Of a DNA stretch of 55,308 bases, positions 18,882 through 28,472 are shown piece by piece. The position numbers and the translations under genes were made by a program. Below the pieces are notes generated by a model that was not told the origin of the DNA, searched no databases, and saw only the letters and a list, made by a program, of their open reading frames with translations. Location of the stretch: IMG/VR virus record IMGVR_UViG_3300045988_052571; one strand, given 5' to 3'. The stretch is from a virus. How positions within the stretch are numbered: the stretch's first letter is position 1; each line of letters starts with the position of its first letter.

Positions 18882-19225
18882 TACTGCCGCACCCTCTCAA
18901 GTTCCACCAGGTACAACCCGTGCTCCGTCTGGCAACTTCTGATCGTGTAGCAGATTCCGTCGTACTCCATCAGCTTTCCAACCTTTGGGGCCGTGCCGTA
19001 ATCTTCCTTGCGAATGAAGAACTGCTTTGTGGACAGGTAAAGTCCCTGGTCAAAGTTCTGCTTTGCTCCTGCTTCCCAGTGCGCCTTACGTTCCTTGAGG
19101 GTCATTTCATACGGCACAACGTCAAACGGCTTCCCGTCGATTTTGTGCTGCTCCACAAACTCCTGAAAGAACACAGAGTCAATGTCCGCAAGGGCTTCTT
19201 CCAGAAAATCCGTCATGCGCTCCAC
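18881..19225 (-). CDS. putative head-tail connector protein
   Basis: 114 aa; called on position only. Confidence 0.4.
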   Translation of the reverse strand: MERMTDFLEEALADIDSVFFQEFVEQHKIDGKPFDVVPYEMTLKERKAHWEAGAKQNFDQGLYLSTKQFFIRKEDYGTAPKVGKLMEYDGICYTIRSCQTEHGLYLVELERVRQ

Positions 19226-19234
19226 CGCCTTTCT

Positions 19235-19465
19235 TTACGCGGTGGCCGCTTTGCTCTTTCTGGTGCGCTTTGTCGCCGGGGCGTTTTTCTGCGGCTCGAT
19301 CTCCGGCTGTGCTTCCGGCTGACAGACCGCAACGCCCAGGGCGGCCAGACGGTCAGCTTCATCATCCGGCAGGCAAACAAATTCCCCCGCCCGAATCAAC
19401 CGGGTGGGGGAGCCTGCCTTTTCACGGTAGCCGTAGCCGCCGGACGTGATCTGAACAGTTTTCAT
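19235..19465 (-). CDS. hypothetical protein
   Basis: 76 aa downstream of the capsid gene. Confidence 0.4.
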   Translation of the reverse strand: MKTVQITSGGYGYREKAGSPTRLIRAGEFVCLPDDEADRLAALGVAVCQPEAQPEIEPQKNAPATKRTRKSKAATA

Positions 19466-19484
19466 GCCGTTGCTCCTTTCTCAC

Positions 19485-20561
19485 TTACTGCACAACATCT
19501 GCTGCGTAGATGTAGGGGCAGTAGCTCTTGGGTGCAGCCAGCGGGCGGCAGCCCAGACGGAGTTTGCGGCTGTCCTCGGCCTGATCCACGACCAGCTTTG
19601 CCACGCGCTTTGCGGCATAGGTGGTGTAGTCGGTCTGGCCGTAGTCCATCTGGGTGATGGAGCCGTACATCATGTGGCCGCAGTCGGGAGCAGTAACCAT
19701 AGCTGCGGTCTTGGGGAAGAAGCTGGCGATCTGGCCGTTCTCGTCCTCGTAGGTTTCGTCCACAGAGAACACGTTCAGCATGAAGCCGCCGAAGTTCAGA
19801 ACGCCCATGAACACCACGCCGTCGTACTGGGTGAGCTGCTGGCGAATCTCGCCAACGATAATGCCGCTGTTCTTGTCGAGAAGCTGGCGGGTCTTTTCGT
19901 CGGCCAGGATGTAGTCGGCAGCGTCAGTACCCAGAATCAGGTCTTTTGCAGGCAGGCCGCGATAAGAGAGCATCCGGCACATAGCCTTAATGTCTGCCCA
20001 GAAGTCGCCGCCAGTGGCGTTCCACTTCTTTGCAACAGTGTAGGTATGGTCGCTCTTGTTGTCGTAGAAGCGCACGATCTTCTTGTCGCCCTTGGTCTTG
20101 CCGTCGATCATTTCCTGCATAGTGCAGCCGTTGGAGATCATGGTCTGTGCAGCCATCCATTCCTCGGTGCCTGCAATGCGGTTTTCCATGTCGTTCATGT
20201 CATCCGCCAGCAGACGAGCGGCGCGCTGTGCTTCGTCCATGCCCGGATACAGAGCCTCACCAAAGCCACGCTTTTTCAGCTCGTCCATGGTCAGCACGCG
20301 GGACGGCGCAATGTACGCAGGCTGGTAGGAATGGACCTCATAGCCGCGGCGCGCAATGGGAATGTCATGTACGTCGGGAGCAACGAAAGCGGCCAGCTTA
20401 CGGTCGCCCTTGCGGTACTCCGTCAGCACCTCGTCGGCCTTGAAAATATCGCCTGCCCCGGTGGGGAAATAGCGGTCTTTGAAGAAGCCACGCTTCGGCA
20501 CGATCTCTTCCGTGATGGCCTGAAGAATGACGTTATCAAAGAAGTTCAGCAGAATTGCCAT
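19485..20561 (-). CDS. major capsid protein, lambda gpE-like
   Basis: 358 aa from Met16 (RBS AGGAGG); order protease-decoration-capsid as in lambda. Confidence 0.75.
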   Translation of the reverse strand: MAILLNFFDNVILQAITEEIVPKRGFFKDRYFPTGAGDIFKADEVLTEYRKGDRKLAAFVAPDVHDIPIARRGYEVHSYQPAYIAPSRVLTMDELKKRGFGEALYPGMDEAQRAARLLADDMNDMENRIAGTEEWMAAQTMISNGCTMQEMIDGKTKGDKKIVRFYDNKSDHTYTVAKKWNATGGDFWADIKAMCRMLSYRGLPAKDLILGTDAADYILADEKTRQLLDKNSGIIVGEIRQQLTQYDGVVFMGVLNFGGFMLNVFSVDETYEDENGQIASFFPKTAAMVTAPDCGHMMYGSITQMDYGQTDYTTYAAKRVAKLVVDQAEDSRKLRLGCRPLAAPKSYCPYIYAADVVQ

Positions 20562-20577
20562 AGTAAACGTCCTCCTG

Positions 20578-20976
20578 TTACATTTCGATGATGGGCAGGA
20601 GCGCAATGTCGCGCATACGCAGAGCGTCCTTGTCCGCCTCGGTCATGGTGTAGCTGTCCTTTACGGTCAGCTTTTCCGGGTTGAAGCAGCCTGCCAGGTA
20701 GACCACGACAGTTTCATCGTCGGTAGAACCCACAGTCACGTCCTGCACCAGAATGCAGTCCGCGGTCAGCGTATCGCCAGAAGTAGCAGTGCTGCCCAGG
20801 ATGTACAGCTTGCCGTCCTTTGCGCTCTTGGCAAACACAGTGCCGCGAACATAGGTCGTCTCTGCCGCTCCTTTGGCGATTACGCCGGGGCCGACGCGCT
20901 TCTTCGGGTTGAGACCAACGATCAGGCCGTCGTACTCAACCTCGCCCAGCTTCTCGTTCAGCATCTTTTCAGCCAT
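20578..20976 (-). CDS. head decoration protein (lambda gpD-like)
   Basis: 132 aa immediately upstream of the capsid gene. Confidence 0.5.
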   Translation of the reverse strand: MAEKMLNEKLGEVEYDGLIVGLNPKKRVGPGVIAKGAAETTYVRGTVFAKSAKDGKLYILGSTATSGDTLTADCILVQDVTVGSTDDETVVVYLAGCFNPEKLTVKDSYTMTEADKDALRMRDIALLPIIEM

Positions 20977-20979
20977 AAC

Positions 20980-22191
20980 TTAGCCCTCCTTCTTGGGGTG
21001 CAGCAGGTTCTTCACCATTGCCCGCTTCTCGGCATCGGTCTGGTTCTGGTTCTTAGTGCCAGTGCCAGCCACGCCGTCGGGGGCTGCGCCGCCAACGCTG
21101 TTTGCGCCGCTGGTGTTTGCATCATCTGCGGTATCTTCCAGCAGCTTGCGGTGATTCTTCTTTGCGTCAACTGCCGCACGGTACGCAAGCTGCTCCGCAG
21201 AGCAGGCGTTCTCGCCGTACTTTGCCTCCGCCACCATGTTTGCCGGAATCGTTTCTGCGATCTCGTCAATGGCGGCAAGGCGTTCACGCTCGGCTTTCTG
21301 TGCGGCTGCGCGCTCACTGTCCACGATCTCTTTCACGAGGTCGGGGCAGCCATTGCGCAGTTCGTCCACGTTCTTGAACTCCATGTCGTTCCCTCCGTTG
21401 TTTTCTCCCGACGGTTCCGCCGGGTCGTTGTTATTTACAAAACCGTCGTCGTTGTCAGGTACGACCACGGCGCGGTTTCGCACAAATTCAGGTGCGCTAT
21501 CAAAAGTGCCTGGGACGGCCACGCTGTTTACGAACAGCACGCCGTTCCTGTTTTCGATTTTGGCGGTCTGGTTTCCCTCCACGATCTCGTCAATGAAACC
21601 GTTTTCCTTGGCCTGCTCCGCAGTCCACCACGTCGTCTTGTCCATCCATGCGGCCAGTTCTTCATTGCTTTTCCCGGTCTTTTTCTCGTACTGTCCGAGA
21701 ATCGTAGAGCGCATAACCGTAATGGAATCAATGAGTTGCTGCAATTCCTCCACGCCCATGAAGTTATCGCTCTTGGCTTTCACAGGATGAATCATGTAGC
21801 TGCTGTCCGGCGTGGCCTTGACGACCTTGCAATGACAGGCAATGATCGTTGCCGCACTTGCGCACAAGCCCTCTATCTGTGCCGTCACCGTGCCAGCGCG
21901 GCTTTCGAGCTGGCCACCAATGGCCTGCGCAGCCCATACGTCGCCGCCGCCGGAACAGATGCGGACGGTCAGATCATCTTCCGTCGGGATTGCGGCAAGG
22001 TCTGCGGCAAATTTCTGTGGGGTGATCTCGTCGCCCCACCAGCTTGTCCGGCTAATGTCGCCGTACAGCACCAGTTCCGCATGGCCTCCCGTTTCCGCCG
22101 AATTGCGAATCTGCCAGAACTTTTCACCTGTTTTCACTGGAACCGCCGACGGCCCGTTGAGCAGCAGGGTTTTGTGTTTGCGTTCCTGCAA
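20980..22191 (-). CDS. prohead protease (ClpP/S49-type) fused to a scaffold-like C-terminal region
   Basis: 403 aa; ICSGGGDVWAAQAIGGQL and GLCASAATII are ClpP-like; acidic/helical C-terminal half. Confidence 0.7.
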   Translation of the reverse strand: MQERKHKTLLLNGPSAVPVKTGEKFWQIRNSAETGGHAELVLYGDISRTSWWGDEITPQKFAADLAAIPTEDDLTVRICSGGGDVWAAQAIGGQLESRAGTVTAQIEGLCASAATIIACHCKVVKATPDSSYMIHPVKAKSDNFMGVEELQQLIDSITVMRSTILGQYEKKTGKSNEELAAWMDKTTWWTAEQAKENGFIDEIVEGNQTAKIENRNGVLFVNSVAVPGTFDSAPEFVRNRAVVVPDNDDGFVNNNDPAEPSGENNGGNDMEFKNVDELRNGCPDLVKEIVDSERAAAQKAERERLAAIDEIAETIPANMVAEAKYGENACSAEQLAYRAAVDAKKNHRKLLEDTADDANTSGANSVGGAAPDGVAGTGTKNQNQTDAEKRAMVKNLLHPKKEG

Positions 22192-23740
22192 TGTCGTCTA
22201 CCTCCTTTTTCATTGCGGCTTCGCCTTTGCGTAACCTCATGTTGGCCGCATAGCTGCCGCCCGTCATTTGCGCCGTTTCCTGTTCAGCTGTGCTAAACCC
22301 GCAGTCAACGCGCATCTTCGCCGCCTCGACTTCATCCTTGGGGTTCAGGTTCGTTCTGGCAGGGCCGTTCCATGCGCACTGCATATAAGCTGCGGCAATG
22401 GCCGGGTTTTCCAAGAATCCGGGTGCTTTTATTCGCCCACGCTGTACTGCCTCGCAAAACCACGCCTCATAAATTGGTCGGCAGAAGTTATCTGCAAACC
22501 AGTCACGGTGCATTCCGCAAGTGCGCCAGTATTCGTTTAGCGCGCCGCGGGCGGCGGAGTAGCTGGTCGAGAACTGCTTGTACAATACTTCGCTCGGAAT
22601 TTCCAGGGCGGCGGCCATCTGTTTAACAATGGCGTTCATAAAAGCCTCAAAGCCCGTCGCCGGGTGCTTCGGGTCTGCGAACTCCACTTTTTCGCCAGGG
22701 TTAAGGTCGATGAACGCGCCCGGAGCCAGTTCCACGCTGGTTTTGTCCGGCGTATCCACTTGCACTTCCTGCGGCAGCATTTCGCCCAGCGGAATTTCGC
22801 TGGACTGATCCTCTTTGGTGATAAACACTGTGAACATGGCGGAGATCACCGCTGCGGTCAGTTCCGCGTCTGTGAACCGTCCGAGTTGCTTTAGGCTTTC
22901 CAGCACCGGGGCAAGCAACGGAACGCCGCGCAGTTGCCCCGCCCGCTCCCGCTGCAACAGGAGTAGGACGTTTTGCCGCCCGGTCTTTTTTCCGTATGCC
23001 TCAACCCTCGTCCAGTGATCCGCCGTCAGCGTCGCAGTCGTGGCAGAGGCCAGCGGGTGACGGTCGCAAATCCAGTAGGCCACCACCATTCCGTCTGCAT
23101 CCGTTTCCACGCCCTGCGTAATCCTCTGGACAAGTCGCCCGTCGATTTCTCGCGGGGAGTCAATGTCCGTGAATGCAGGCGAACACAGACGGTCAGCTTC
23201 CACAATCCGCACCCGCAGATCATACGGAACATTGGGTGTCCGTTTGTTTTGGAGCACCGCCAGCGCGTCGCCGTTCATAAGAAATCCTGTAAACGCCAAC
23301 TGCTGCAACATATAGAAGTTGTCGATTCTGTCAGCGTCACAGGTCGGTTTGTCTGCCCACAAAGAAAATTCGCGCATAATCTGCGCGTTCACTTTCTGCG
23401 CTTCCTCGTCGGAAATGCCCAGGAACTCGTTATCAATCTGCGGTGTCGGCGTAAGCCCACCGCAAATTACGTTGGTTCGCATCGTTTTGATGGCTCCCGT
23501 TGCAAGCGGAACGCCCATGTAAGCGTCGCGGCTTCTTTCTCGCAGGACTCGGAGATTATCTTCGATGTCCCTTTTCGAGTCGCCGCCGTGCCACATCCAG
23601 CCCCGCATGGACTTCTTGTGCAGGTTTGCGCCGTAGTTGCCGTAGCCAGAGTTGAGCGTCTGGATTGCCATGCGCGCCGCTGCTGTCTTGACTGCCCGTT
23701 CCGGGGAAAGGGTGGCAAGCAGGTGATCCATAAATCCCAT
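22124..23740 (-). CDS. portal protein, lambda family
   Basis: 538 aa between gpW-like and protease genes. Confidence 0.8.
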   Translation of the reverse strand: MGFMDHLLATLSPERAVKTAAARMAIQTLNSGYGNYGANLHKKSMRGWMWHGGDSKRDIEDNLRVLRERSRDAYMGVPLATGAIKTMRTNVICGGLTPTPQIDNEFLGISDEEAQKVNAQIMREFSLWADKPTCDADRIDNFYMLQQLAFTGFLMNGDALAVLQNKRTPNVPYDLRVRIVEADRLCSPAFTDIDSPREIDGRLVQRITQGVETDADGMVVAYWICDRHPLASATTATLTADHWTRVEAYGKKTGRQNVLLLLQRERAGQLRGVPLLAPVLESLKQLGRFTDAELTAAVISAMFTVFITKEDQSSEIPLGEMLPQEVQVDTPDKTSVELAPGAFIDLNPGEKVEFADPKHPATGFEAFMNAIVKQMAAALEIPSEVLYKQFSTSYSAARGALNEYWRTCGMHRDWFADNFCRPIYEAWFCEAVQRGRIKAPGFLENPAIAAAYMQCAWNGPARTNLNPKDEVEAAKMRVDCGFSTAEQETAQMTGGSYAANMRLRKGEAAMKKEVDDIAGTQTQNPAAQRAVGGSSENR

Positions 23741-23756
23741 CGGCTACTCCCTCCCT

Positions 23757-23987
23757 TTACAGGTCGCGGGGAACAAAATGGTACATCCTGTTGCGCCCCG
23801 CCTTTTTTCTCGAAAGTTCTTCAACTTTGTTCGACCAATACTCAATGCGTTTCCCGATTTGGGTTACATCGGCGTAGGTCAGCATTCGGTTTCCAATCTG
23901 GTAGCTTTGGCCGTGCGTAACCTTGCGTTCCGCTTCCAGCCATGCGTCAAGCTGCGATTGTGCAGTTTCCAGTGTGATTCCCGCCAT
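23757..23987 (-). CDS. head-tail joining protein, gpW-like
   Basis: 76 aa between TerL and the portal, as in lambda. Confidence 0.55.
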   Translation of the reverse strand: MAGITLETAQSQLDAWLEAERKVTHGQSYQIGNRMLTYADVTQIGKRIEYWSNKVEELSRKKAGRNRMYHFVPRDL

Positions 23988-23990
23988 TGG

Positions 23991-25856
23991 TTAGATACCT
24001 CCCGAAATTTGGCGACGGCCTCGCCCGCAGTTTGCCGCCGGGGTAGGTGTCGTCACGTCCGGGGCCTGCTTTTTCAACACAGGCCGTGTAATGGAAAGAG
24101 CCGCCAGTGCGTAATTGCGCAAGTCTAGCGGCTCATTTCTCTTGTGTTCTTTGTCTTTGATTTCCCAATACTCTTTGAGGTGTCCCTTGACGAAGCGCAC
24201 CACTTTCTTCTCGGCTGTCAGGCCCTTAAAGTAGTTTTCGTCGTAGCCAGCCTCCTGGTTGCTTGGGAAGTGGCAGTAATTCGGGCCAGGCGTTTTCACT
24301 TCCAGCCTTTGATAGATAGAGGTTTTGCCCGCATCCACACCGATGATAAACAGGTTCGTTTTCACACGATTGTTCTTCGATGGGTTGCGGATGTACGGAA
24401 CGCCCGCGCCACCCATGCCCTTGATGGCAAAGATACGGCGATTCAGCCTGTCTTTCGCAAAGCGGTAAACCTCGTCCGTGTGATGGCCGCCAGAGTCGAT
24501 GCAGGTAGCCAGCAATGTGTACTCTGTTCCATCCGCCTTGCGCCAGGAACGGAGAAGAAAGTCGTCCAAGTCCTGCCACACCTGATCCGACAGCATATCG
24601 CCAAAGATTTTCTGGTAGCGGATGCCCCAGCATTCCGCGCCCTCGCCCCAGCCGACCACTTCCACCTCGAAACGATCATCCTGAACGTCAACGCCAGCGG
24701 TGAGGAACAGCACATCGTCCGGCACTTCCGCCGGGTAGATTTCGCGGCGGTTGTACAGCTCGGTGTCCTCCAACTGGATTCCGCGCTCTTCCCAGGTCTG
24801 CCCAAGTTCAGTGTTTACCCAGACTTTCATTTCCTCCGGGTTTCCGTGGTCGAGAGCTTCTTTTGCTTCCAAGAACTTCCGCACCACTTCGTCCCATCCG
24901 ACAAACGTAGAGGCAAGGGTGTTGAGGTGGAATCCTCTTGTCGCTGCGCCCGGATTGGCCGCAACGTACTTGCCTTTGATCTCCTGTGCTTTCCAGCGGT
25001 ATTCATTTGCCACGCATCCGCACTCACGGCAAACATAGTCGATGCCCTTTTCCAGATTGTCCGGGTCGAACTTCACGTTTTCCCAAACGAGCGGCTGGTA
25101 TGCGCCGCACTCCGGGCAAGGGATGTTCCACTCTTCTTGCGTCGAGAGATTGAACGCATCCTCAATTCGGCTGTCGCCTTTTATGGTCGGCGTGGAAACC
25201 ATGACGGTTTTGCAGTCCCAGAAAGTCGTTTGGCGTTTCTTCGCCAGATTCAGAGGATCACCCTCTGTTCCTGCACTTTTTGGATAGCGGTCTATCTCGT
25301 CAGCCAGCAGAACTTTGATAGGACGGCTGGCAAGGCTCGACGGGGAGTTTGCTCCAACGATGGTTATGTGGCCGCCGATGAAGTTCTTCTTCATCACGGT
25401 GTTTCCGGCGAATCTGCTTTTGACATCAACCAGCCCTTTGAGGCGCGGCGTGTCCCGAAGCATCGGGGAAATTCTATCTTTGGAAAGCGTCTGGCCCATG
25501 TCGAGGGTAGGTTGCATACACATGATGGGGGCCGGGGCGTAGTCCATGTAGTAGGCCAGCACGTTCAAAATGAACGCATCGGTTTTCCCGATCTGTGCCG
25601 CCGACATTACCACTACTTCCCGGACGTGCGGATCACCGATGGCATCCATAATGGCCCGCTGGTACGGAGCCTTGTCCGTGTGCCATCTGCCCGGTTCTGC
25701 GCTGGACTCGGAGGACAGTACCCGGTACTTGTCCGCCCACTGGCTGATTGTCAGCGGCGGTGGCGGTTTCAGCTTTTGCAGAACGACCGCAAACAGCTTA
25801 ACCGTCTGCGGCTCCATCTTTACGATGATGTTCTTTTTCTTCGGCACTTTGTTCAC
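23991..25856 (-). CDS. terL: terminase large subunit, GpA family
   Basis: 621 aa; VVMSAAQIGKTD Walker-A-like motif; Cys-rich CPECG...CRECG insert; lambda-like gene order. Confidence 0.85.
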   Translation of the reverse strand: MNKVPKKKNIIVKMEPQTVKLFAVVLQKLKPPPPLTISQWADKYRVLSSESSAEPGRWHTDKAPYQRAIMDAIGDPHVREVVVMSAAQIGKTDAFILNVLAYYMDYAPAPIMCMQPTLDMGQTLSKDRISPMLRDTPRLKGLVDVKSRFAGNTVMKKNFIGGHITIVGANSPSSLASRPIKVLLADEIDRYPKSAGTEGDPLNLAKKRQTTFWDCKTVMVSTPTIKGDSRIEDAFNLSTQEEWNIPCPECGAYQPLVWENVKFDPDNLEKGIDYVCRECGCVANEYRWKAQEIKGKYVAANPGAATRGFHLNTLASTFVGWDEVVRKFLEAKEALDHGNPEEMKVWVNTELGQTWEERGIQLEDTELYNRREIYPAEVPDDVLFLTAGVDVQDDRFEVEVVGWGEGAECWGIRYQKIFGDMLSDQVWQDLDDFLLRSWRKADGTEYTLLATCIDSGGHHTDEVYRFAKDRLNRRIFAIKGMGGAGVPYIRNPSKNNRVKTNLFIIGVDAGKTSIYQRLEVKTPGPNYCHFPSNQEAGYDENYFKGLTAEKKVVRFVKGHLKEYWEIKDKEHKRNEPLDLRNYALAALSITRPVLKKQAPDVTTPTPAANCGRGRRQISGGI

Positions 25857-25954
25857 CCCGCCTTACGCACTCCGGGAACATACAGATAATGAGCTTCTGG
25901 TGGAGTCTTTTACCCCACGGGCAATGCCTGCACTTGCGCCACGGTTTGCCCGGT

Positions 25955-26452
25955 TTAGGTTCCGTCGTCTGCATCTTCATCTTCCTTTGGCGATTCCAAC
26001 GCCGTTTCGTAATGCGAAAACTCGTCCAGAATTTCATAGAACGTGTCCCGCAACACGTCCTGTATCTCGTCCTCGTTGCCGCCCAGCTTCGCAATACTGG
26101 GAGCAAGTTTGTTCGGAAGAGCCATCATGCGGGAACGCAGGTTCATTAACATGGTGCTCAAGCCCAGCATGATGTCCTGTTTCCTGTACAGTTCGCCGCT
26201 CTTGACTTTGTTTTCCTGTTCCGCTGCAATGCGCTTTTCGCGCGTCAGCTTTGCCCTCTCTTCGTTCAGGTCGGCTTTGCCGTCTGCGTTGCCCCGCAGG
26301 AAGTTGATATATCGCCGTACATTGGGCCACAGTTCATACAGGCCAGGGGCGGCTTCTATCAAAATGCCCTCTTCCCGGAGCTGCCGCACCCGGCGTTCCG
26401 AAAGGTCAAGGCAATTCGCCATCACCTTTACCGTGTAAAGTTTCATCGGCAT
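25955..26452 (-). CDS. small terminase-like HTH protein (Nu1/MerR-like)
   Basis: 165 aa; N-terminal HTH MANCLDLSERRVRQLREEGIL. Confidence 0.5.
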   Translation of the reverse strand: MPMKLYTVKVMANCLDLSERRVRQLREEGILIEAAPGLYELWPNVRRYINFLRGNADGKADLNEERAKLTREKRIAAEQENKVKSGELYRKQDIMLGLSTMLMNLRSRMMALPNKLAPSIAKLGGNEDEIQDVLRDTFYEILDEFSHYETALESPKEDEDADDGT

Positions 26453-27194
26453 TCACCCCCTCGGCATCCGGGCCGTCCATGTCAGCCACCCCCGTTGCTC
26501 TGATCTTGGCAATATCCAGGCGTTGTACTTCAAGATCGTACCGTTTCTCGAACTCTTCACCCTGCCGCAGTTGGCCTATCAGCGTTGCGATTCTGCCAGA
26601 TACTTTGTACAGTGCCTCTTGCAGTTTCTCCCGCCGGGTGAACGCGCTGTCCTTGTTGTACAGGCCCATCTTCTGCTCTGCGCCGTCGGTGCGCTTTCCG
26701 CCCTCGGACTTTCCGGGGCGGCGCATATCCGTCAGTGTCGCAATGTAAAGATCATCGTCTGCGCACTCCGAATATTTTTCGAGTGCGGCCAGAATCTTTT
26801 TCTGCCTATACCGCAGGACTCGCAACTCAAGCAGAGTGTTTTCTTTTGCCCCGGTCGGCAGATTGTCAAGCCACTCCTTTTCTTCGTCGGACAACTTATC
26901 AAAAAAGACGGCACTATATGCGCCGTCTTTTTCTGCGTTCTTATTTTCCCGCGGCGCGCCGCCGTGGTTGCCCTTGGCATTTTTCTTTCCCTTGCTGTTT
27001 CTGTTTCCGGGCTGGCCGCCGCGCTTGCGCTCTAGTGACTCGTCCCATTGGTCAATACGCTTCCAGTTTCGCACCGTCCCATAGGGTACGCCCACCCGAT
27101 CCGCAAACTCTTTGAGATTTATTTTTTCGCCCGCCCGCCGTCGTTTGATGTACTCGGCCTTGGCGGTGTCACGCTGGCTGTTCCGCGCTGGCAT
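26406..27194 (-). CDS. small terminase-like HTH protein (YjcR-type)
   Basis: 262 aa; EFADRVGVPYGTVRNWKRIDQW motif; first gene of the late operon. Confidence 0.5.
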   Translation of the reverse strand: MPARNSQRDTAKAEYIKRRRAGEKINLKEFADRVGVPYGTVRNWKRIDQWDESLERKRGGQPGNRNSKGKKNAKGNHGGAPRENKNAEKDGAYSAVFFDKLSDEEKEWLDNLPTGAKENTLLELRVLRYRQKKILAALEKYSECADDDLYIATLTDMRRPGKSEGGKRTDGAEQKMGLYNKDSAFTRREKLQEALYKVSGRIATLIGQLRQGEEFEKRYDLEVQRLDIAKIRATGVADMDGPDAEGVNADETLHGKGDGELP

Positions 27195-27230
27195 CCAACA
27201 TCACCCGCACCTCGTTTCCAAAATCTGCGC

Positions 27231-27266
27231 AAAAGAAAAAGCCCCACGACTTGCGCCGTGGAGCTT
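27231..27266 (-). terminator. intrinsic terminator immediately upstream of the first late gene
   Basis: Minus strand: AGCTCCACG-GCGCAAGT-CGTGGGGCT followed by TTTTTCTTTT. Confidence 0.55.
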
Positions 27267-27287
27267 TGCTTACTTATCACTGTACTA

Positions 27288-27296
27288 ATTATATCA
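27288..27296 (-). promoter_or_regulatory. extended -10 promoter (TGATATAAT), candidate late promoter
   Basis: The minus strand reads TGATATAAT about 20 nt upstream of the terminator stem; a TACAGTG motif lies at the predicted start. Confidence 0.45.
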
Positions 27297-27647
27297 GAAA
27301 AAGTGCATCACAAAACATCATTTCAAAAATTTCTTCAAAAAACACCCCCCTTACTTTTTCCAGACCCCCTTCGAGGAAGCCCAAAAATCCCCTCATACCT
27401 AGAAAAATTTCGCGCTTTCGGACCCGCACCGCCGAAAAACGCCTCCGGCAGTACCTAAAGGGGGCCGGGTCGGCCCGTCGGCCTCATCGGGCAGGCCGCC
27501 GACGGTGGGCGGGGCCGTGGCGGCGCGTCGTCGTCGAGGTGGGCAGCCCAGGGCGAGGCCGGGGAAGAAAGGGGGTTGGGGGATAGATAGGGCAGTATAT
27601 AGCCTCTTAGCCTTACCCCTACTGGCAAAGCTATATCCCGTTAGGTT

Positions 27648-27666
27648 GAGAATCTGACCCCTCCGG
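27648..27666. repeat. inner inverted repeat, left copy
   Basis: GAGAATCTGACCCCTCCGG is the exact reverse complement of 28128..28146. Confidence 0.9.
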
Positions 27667-27676
27667 CGGCGGGCCA

Positions 27677-28000
27677 TTGCAAGACCGCGGCGGCGCTGAT
27701 CTGCTGGCCGTCGTGGTCATCATCGGGGCGGCGCAGGCGGTGCAAGGCGCAGGCAGCAGGCGGCGCGGTCTGCTGCTGTATGCGGCGGGGCAGATGGGGC
27801 GCAGGTGGTGCGGTCTGCTGCTGGCGTGGTCATCTGGTGCGGCGCTGGCGGTGCTGATCTTTCCCGGTGCAGGTGGCGGGCGTAATATCCGGGTACTGTG
27901 TCCAGCGCTCCCCGGGTACTTTCCAGCTTTTCCCCGGGGCGGCTGCCAACAACACCCAGCGCGTGCCGGGGTGCTGATCCGGCACGCCGGGCAGGCATGA
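27677..28000 (+). CDS. possible small membrane protein inside the IR-flanked segment
   Basis: 107 codons; TTG start with no clear RBS; two hydrophobic helices (LLAVVVIIGAAQAV, CGLLLAWSSGAALAVLIF) separated by Arg clusters. Confidence 0.2.
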   Translation: MQDRGGADLLAVVVIIGAAQAVQGAGSRRRGLLLYAAGQMGRRWCGLLLAWSSGAALAVLIFPGAGGGRNIRVLCPALPGYFPAFPRGGCQQHPARAGVLIRHAGQA

Positions 28001-28127
28001 AAGCAGGGCGAAAAGAAAAAGCCCAGGGCGGCGGCGCAGGTGGTGCGCGTGTCGCTCTGGGCTTGTGTCGTCGGTGCTGGTCTGCTGCCGATCCGGCAGG
28101 GCCACGGCGGGGGCATTTTGCCGTTTG

Positions 28128-28146
28128 CCGGAGGGGTCAGATTCTC
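28128..28146. repeat. inner inverted repeat, right copy
   Basis: CCGGAGGGGTCAGATTCTC. Confidence 0.9.
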
Positions 28147-28214
28147 CACTTTACCGGGTAGTGCTCTAGGTGTAGGGCTAGAACTTAGTGAGTTATAGCC
28201 TCCCCAGTAACCCC

Positions 28215-28472
28215 CTATAATCCCCCTTCTTCCCCACAGTTTTGGCCGTCCACGGATTCCGGGCCGGACGGATTGCCCACGGTGAGCGGCTGCCCCTCTG
28301 CCTGCATCCTGGCGCGCACGGCTTGCAAAATATATCCTTGCAAGCTCTGGCCGCTGGCAACTGCCGCCGCCTTGATTGCCGCCGCCTCTTGAGAGAGAGG
28401 CTTTATATTTATTTGCGTGCATTTCGCGTTGTATTTGTCGTTTGTCAGTCGTTTTTTTGCAGATATAGCCAT
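28215..28472 (-). CDS. ribbon-helix-helix (Arc/CopG-like) DNA-binding protein
   Basis: 85 aa; beta strand TQINIKP followed by two helices (SQEAAAIKAAAVASGQS, LQGYILQAVRARM); divergent from the early operon. Confidence 0.5.
   Translation of the reverse strand: MAISAKKRLTNDKYNAKCTQINIKPLSQEAAAIKAAAVASGQSLQGYILQAVRARMQAEGQPLTVGNPSGPESVDGQNCGEEGGL

Larger units (their letters stand above)
27561..28235. other. GC-rich segment enclosed by long imperfect inverted repeats (candidate invertible switch, MITE-like insert or structured RNA)
   Basis: Arms of about 106 and 108 nt with perfect inner 19-mers and near-perfect outer 14/15-mers; 461-bp GC-rich core. Confidence 0.6.

Noticed and set aside
27631-28422. 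263-aa minus-strand ORF and other ORFs (27720..27998, 27830..28105, 27898..28161) in the GC-rich region
   Set aside because: They have Arg/Pro/Ala/Gly-dominated composition typical of random frames in GC-rich DNA, they overlap one another, and they lack RBSs. Only 27677..28000 (+) is retained, at low confidence.
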